A stretch of DNA of 64,000 nt from an uncultured Armatimonadetes bacterium (GTDB taxonomy: Bacteria > Armatimonadota > Hebobacteria > Hebobacterales > Hebobacteraceae): positions 2,752,001 to 2,816,000 of the forward strand of contig OY970296.1 of assembly GCA_963716175.1 (NCBI GenBank). The letters are read 5' to 3'. The stretch's first letter is position 1, and every line of letters begins with the position of its first letter. Both the position numbers and the translations under genes were made by a program. The notes beneath the pieces are model-generated. The model saw only the letters and a program-made list of their open reading frames with translations. It did no database searches and had not been told where the DNA came from. Shown here one piece after another: positions 62,012-64,000 of this stretch.

Positions 62012-63106
62012 ATGACAGGAAGAGGGAGAGGATTCACGCTGATCGAGTTGTTGGTGGTGATCGCGATTATTGCGATTCTGGCAGCGATGCTGTTCCCCGT
62101 GTTTGCGCGAGCGCGTGAATCGGCGCGCAAGATTCAATGCCTGTCGAACATCAAGAACCTCGCCATGGCCGTGCAGATGTACCTGACGGACTACGACCGG
62201 CTGTGGCCAAAGGAGCACCGTCCGGAGGTGATCGCCGGGTCGCATCCGGATAACCCCGATTCGACCAACGGTTGCGCGATGTCGGCCGGCACCAGGATGA
62301 ACCCGTACCTGCAGCCGCCGGTGATCCTGGATGAGTACATCAAGAACCGGGACGTGTGGAGTTGTCCGTCCGCTCGCGCCAGCGCCTCCTGGTCCATCCT
62401 GAATCCGCTGGGGATGGACTGGTGGGTACGGGTCAACACGGTGGACCCACTCAGCTGGGGCGAGGTGGGTGTGGGGCAGTGCGGTGGCGGCAACTTCCCT
62501 CCGGGTTGGGGCGGCGACGTGACCGACACCATTGCTCAGGGAAGGAGCAGCGGGGATAGTCCGGGTGCCTTCCACAACTCGCTCAACGTGATCGCCCTGC
62601 GCGAGGTCAAGACCGCCGAGATAGGCGATCCGGCGAAGTACGTGATCGCGGGCGAGTGCCAGATCGGCCAGCCCGTCTGGGGCCCCCTGGACGTGGCCTA
62701 CCCGGATGCCTCTGCCATGTGCGGGGCCAACCCGGGCTCGCTTGCTTGCTGCGGCGGCAACTGGGTGGACTGGGCAAACTGCTCCTGGAGCGTGGACTGC
62801 GGCGCCGCACACGACCTCAATTACGCCGACACCGAGATCCGGAAGGAGTACGGGAGGCCGCGGCACATGGGCGGCAGCAATGTGGGCTTTGCCGACGGCC
62901 ACGCCTCCTGGTACAACTCTGAAGACATCCTCGCCAACTACGCGCCGGACCAAGGCGTCGTCGACGGCGGAGCCTTCCGTTACCAGTGCTACGGCGTCCC
63001 GGGGGCCGGCGCGGCGCGGGCAAAGCGGGACACCTGGGGCGGCTTCCAAGGCGGCATCTGCGGGATGTGGGGCGCCTTCGGGCTTGTACCACAGGGCTGC
63101 GGCTAG
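62012..63106 (+). CDS. Prepilin N-methylation / DUF1559 / H-X9-DG protein
   Basis: [10 protein letters not shown]..; [14 protein letters not shown]. Confidence 0.95.
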   Translation: MTGRGRGFTLIELLVVIAIIAILAAMLFPVFARARESARKIQCLSNIKNLAMAVQMYLTDYDRLWPKEHRPEVIAGSHPDNPDSTNGCAMSAGTRMNPYLQPPVILDEYIKNRDVWSCPSARASASWSILNPLGMDWWVRVNTVDPLSWGEVGVGQCGGGNFPPGWGGDVTDTIAQGRSSGDSPGAFHNSLNVIALREVKTAEIGDPAKYVIAGECQIGQPVWGPLDVAYPDASAMCGANPGSLACCGGNWVDWANCSWSVDCGAAHDLNYADTEIRKEYGRPRHMGGSNVGFADGHASWYNSEDILANYAPDQGVVDGGAFRYQCYGVPGAGAARAKRDTWGGFQGGICGMWGAFGLVPQGCG

Positions 63107-63143
63107 CCAGCCGCCACCGCATGAGGCCGGATTGAGACACCGG

Positions 63144-63171
63144 ACGGCCCCGGAGATGTTTCCGGGGCCGT
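63144..63171. terminator. Hairpin after prepilin gene
   Basis: GACGGCCCCGGA-GATGTT-TCCGGGGCCGTC. Confidence 0.55.
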
Positions 63172-63250
63172 CTCTCCGTGAGGTGACCTCTTCCACCGAG
63201 GTCGCCCGCGGTCTCGCGACCGGAGGGCGGCGACCGAGGAGGTGAGTGCG

Positions 63251-64000
63251 ATGGAGGGACCGCGGGCGCCCCGGCGAGGTGAGCTAGCCCAGGTGGCGCA
63301 ACTGCACCAGGCAGTATTCGGCGTGATCCGGCGGCCGGAACCAGAACAATCCCCTCCGCCGGCCCGCCTCCGCGCGGTACGGGGGAAGCGGGTGCTGATC
63401 GTGGCCGAGGAGGGCCGACCCGTGAGCCGCGCCGCGGTGTACTACGATACCGCCTCCATGTTCGGTTGCCGGGTGAGGACGGCCAGTATCAGTGGGGTGT
63501 GCACCCATCCCGAGTGCCGGGGGCGCGGCTATGCCAGTCGCATCCTCGAGCGCTGTCTCTCGGACGCCGTTGCTCGCCGAGCGCGCGTGTTCATTGTTTC
63601 CGGCGATCGCGGTCTCTACCAGCGCGTTGGGTGCCGCGCGGTAGGTGCAATGCGGAGCATGACGCTCCGGGCAGCGCAGACATGGCCGGCCGCGGATAGG
63701 GTCTCTGTAAGGAAGGCCGGGCTCGGGGACCGGCCCATGGTGCGCGCGCTCTACGACCGGGAGCCGCTGCGCTTCTGCCGGTGCGCGGATGGCTGGGCGG
63801 AGTTGGAGGCGGAGTGGCAACGAGGGTGGCCCGAGACCTGGATCGTCGAACGGCGCGGCGTTGCCCTTGCCTATCTGTGGCTTGGGCCCCTGTGGAGCCC
63901 GCCTCGCCAGGGCGTGCGTGAGGTCTACGAGTACGCGGGGTCTCGCCTCGCCCTCGTGGAGGCGCTGCCACGGCTGATGGCAGTGATGAACCTTCGTGAG
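63251..64000 (+). CDS. GNAT acetyltransferase (Eis-like), runs off window
   Basis: Own translation: ISGVCTHPECRGRGYASRIL..SGDRGLYQRVG. Confidence 0.8.
   Translation, partial: MEGPRAPRRGELAQVAQLHQAVFGVIRRPEPEQSPPPARLRAVRGKRVLIVAEEGRPVSRAAVYYDTASMFGCRVRTASISGVCTHPECRGRGYASRILERCLSDAVARRARVFIVSGDRGLYQRVGCRAVGAMRSMTLRAAQTWPAADRVSVRKAGLGDRPMVRALYDREPLRFCRCADGWAELEAEWQRGWPETWIVERRGVALAYLWLGPLWSPPRQGVREVYEYAGSRLALVEALPRLMAVMNLRE

Noticed and set aside
53524-63106. Diversity-generating retroelement or shufflon for prepilins
   Set aside because: No reverse transcriptase, A-specific TR/VR pair or invertase in the window
1-64000. CRISPR array, tRNA or rRNA
   Set aside because: No regular repeat-spacer array, cloverleaf or rRNA motif recognised

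Overview
GC-rich bacterial window, probably Armatimonadota (inferred from prepilin/DUF1559-H-X9-DG genes and a DUF6785-type membrane gene). Bases 1-30.8 kb are mostly housekeeping: glycosyltransferases, hicAB, an Rrf2 gene ahead of pstSCAB, gamma-glutamyltransferase, an ABC-2/HlyD exporter, MgtE-N/CBS plus NRAMP behind a terminated leader, and a GH4/kinase/YhfX operon. This half carries nested REP-like palindromes. Bases 30.8-64 kb are an accessory region with IS3, IS110, IS256, IS21 and an unclassified rve-transposase family, solo element ends, three membrane-anchored MshEN proteins, an RpoZ-like paralog, defence/TA genes and prepilin genes sharing a 333-bp leader. The best-supported system is the IS110 at 35960-37668. 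It has a perfect circle-junction promoter and a two-loop bridge RNA whose guides match a Shine-Dalgarno target. An antisense ORF spans the element almost exactly, from the host SD to the regenerated SD. All family calls come from motif recognition by eye; no searches were run.
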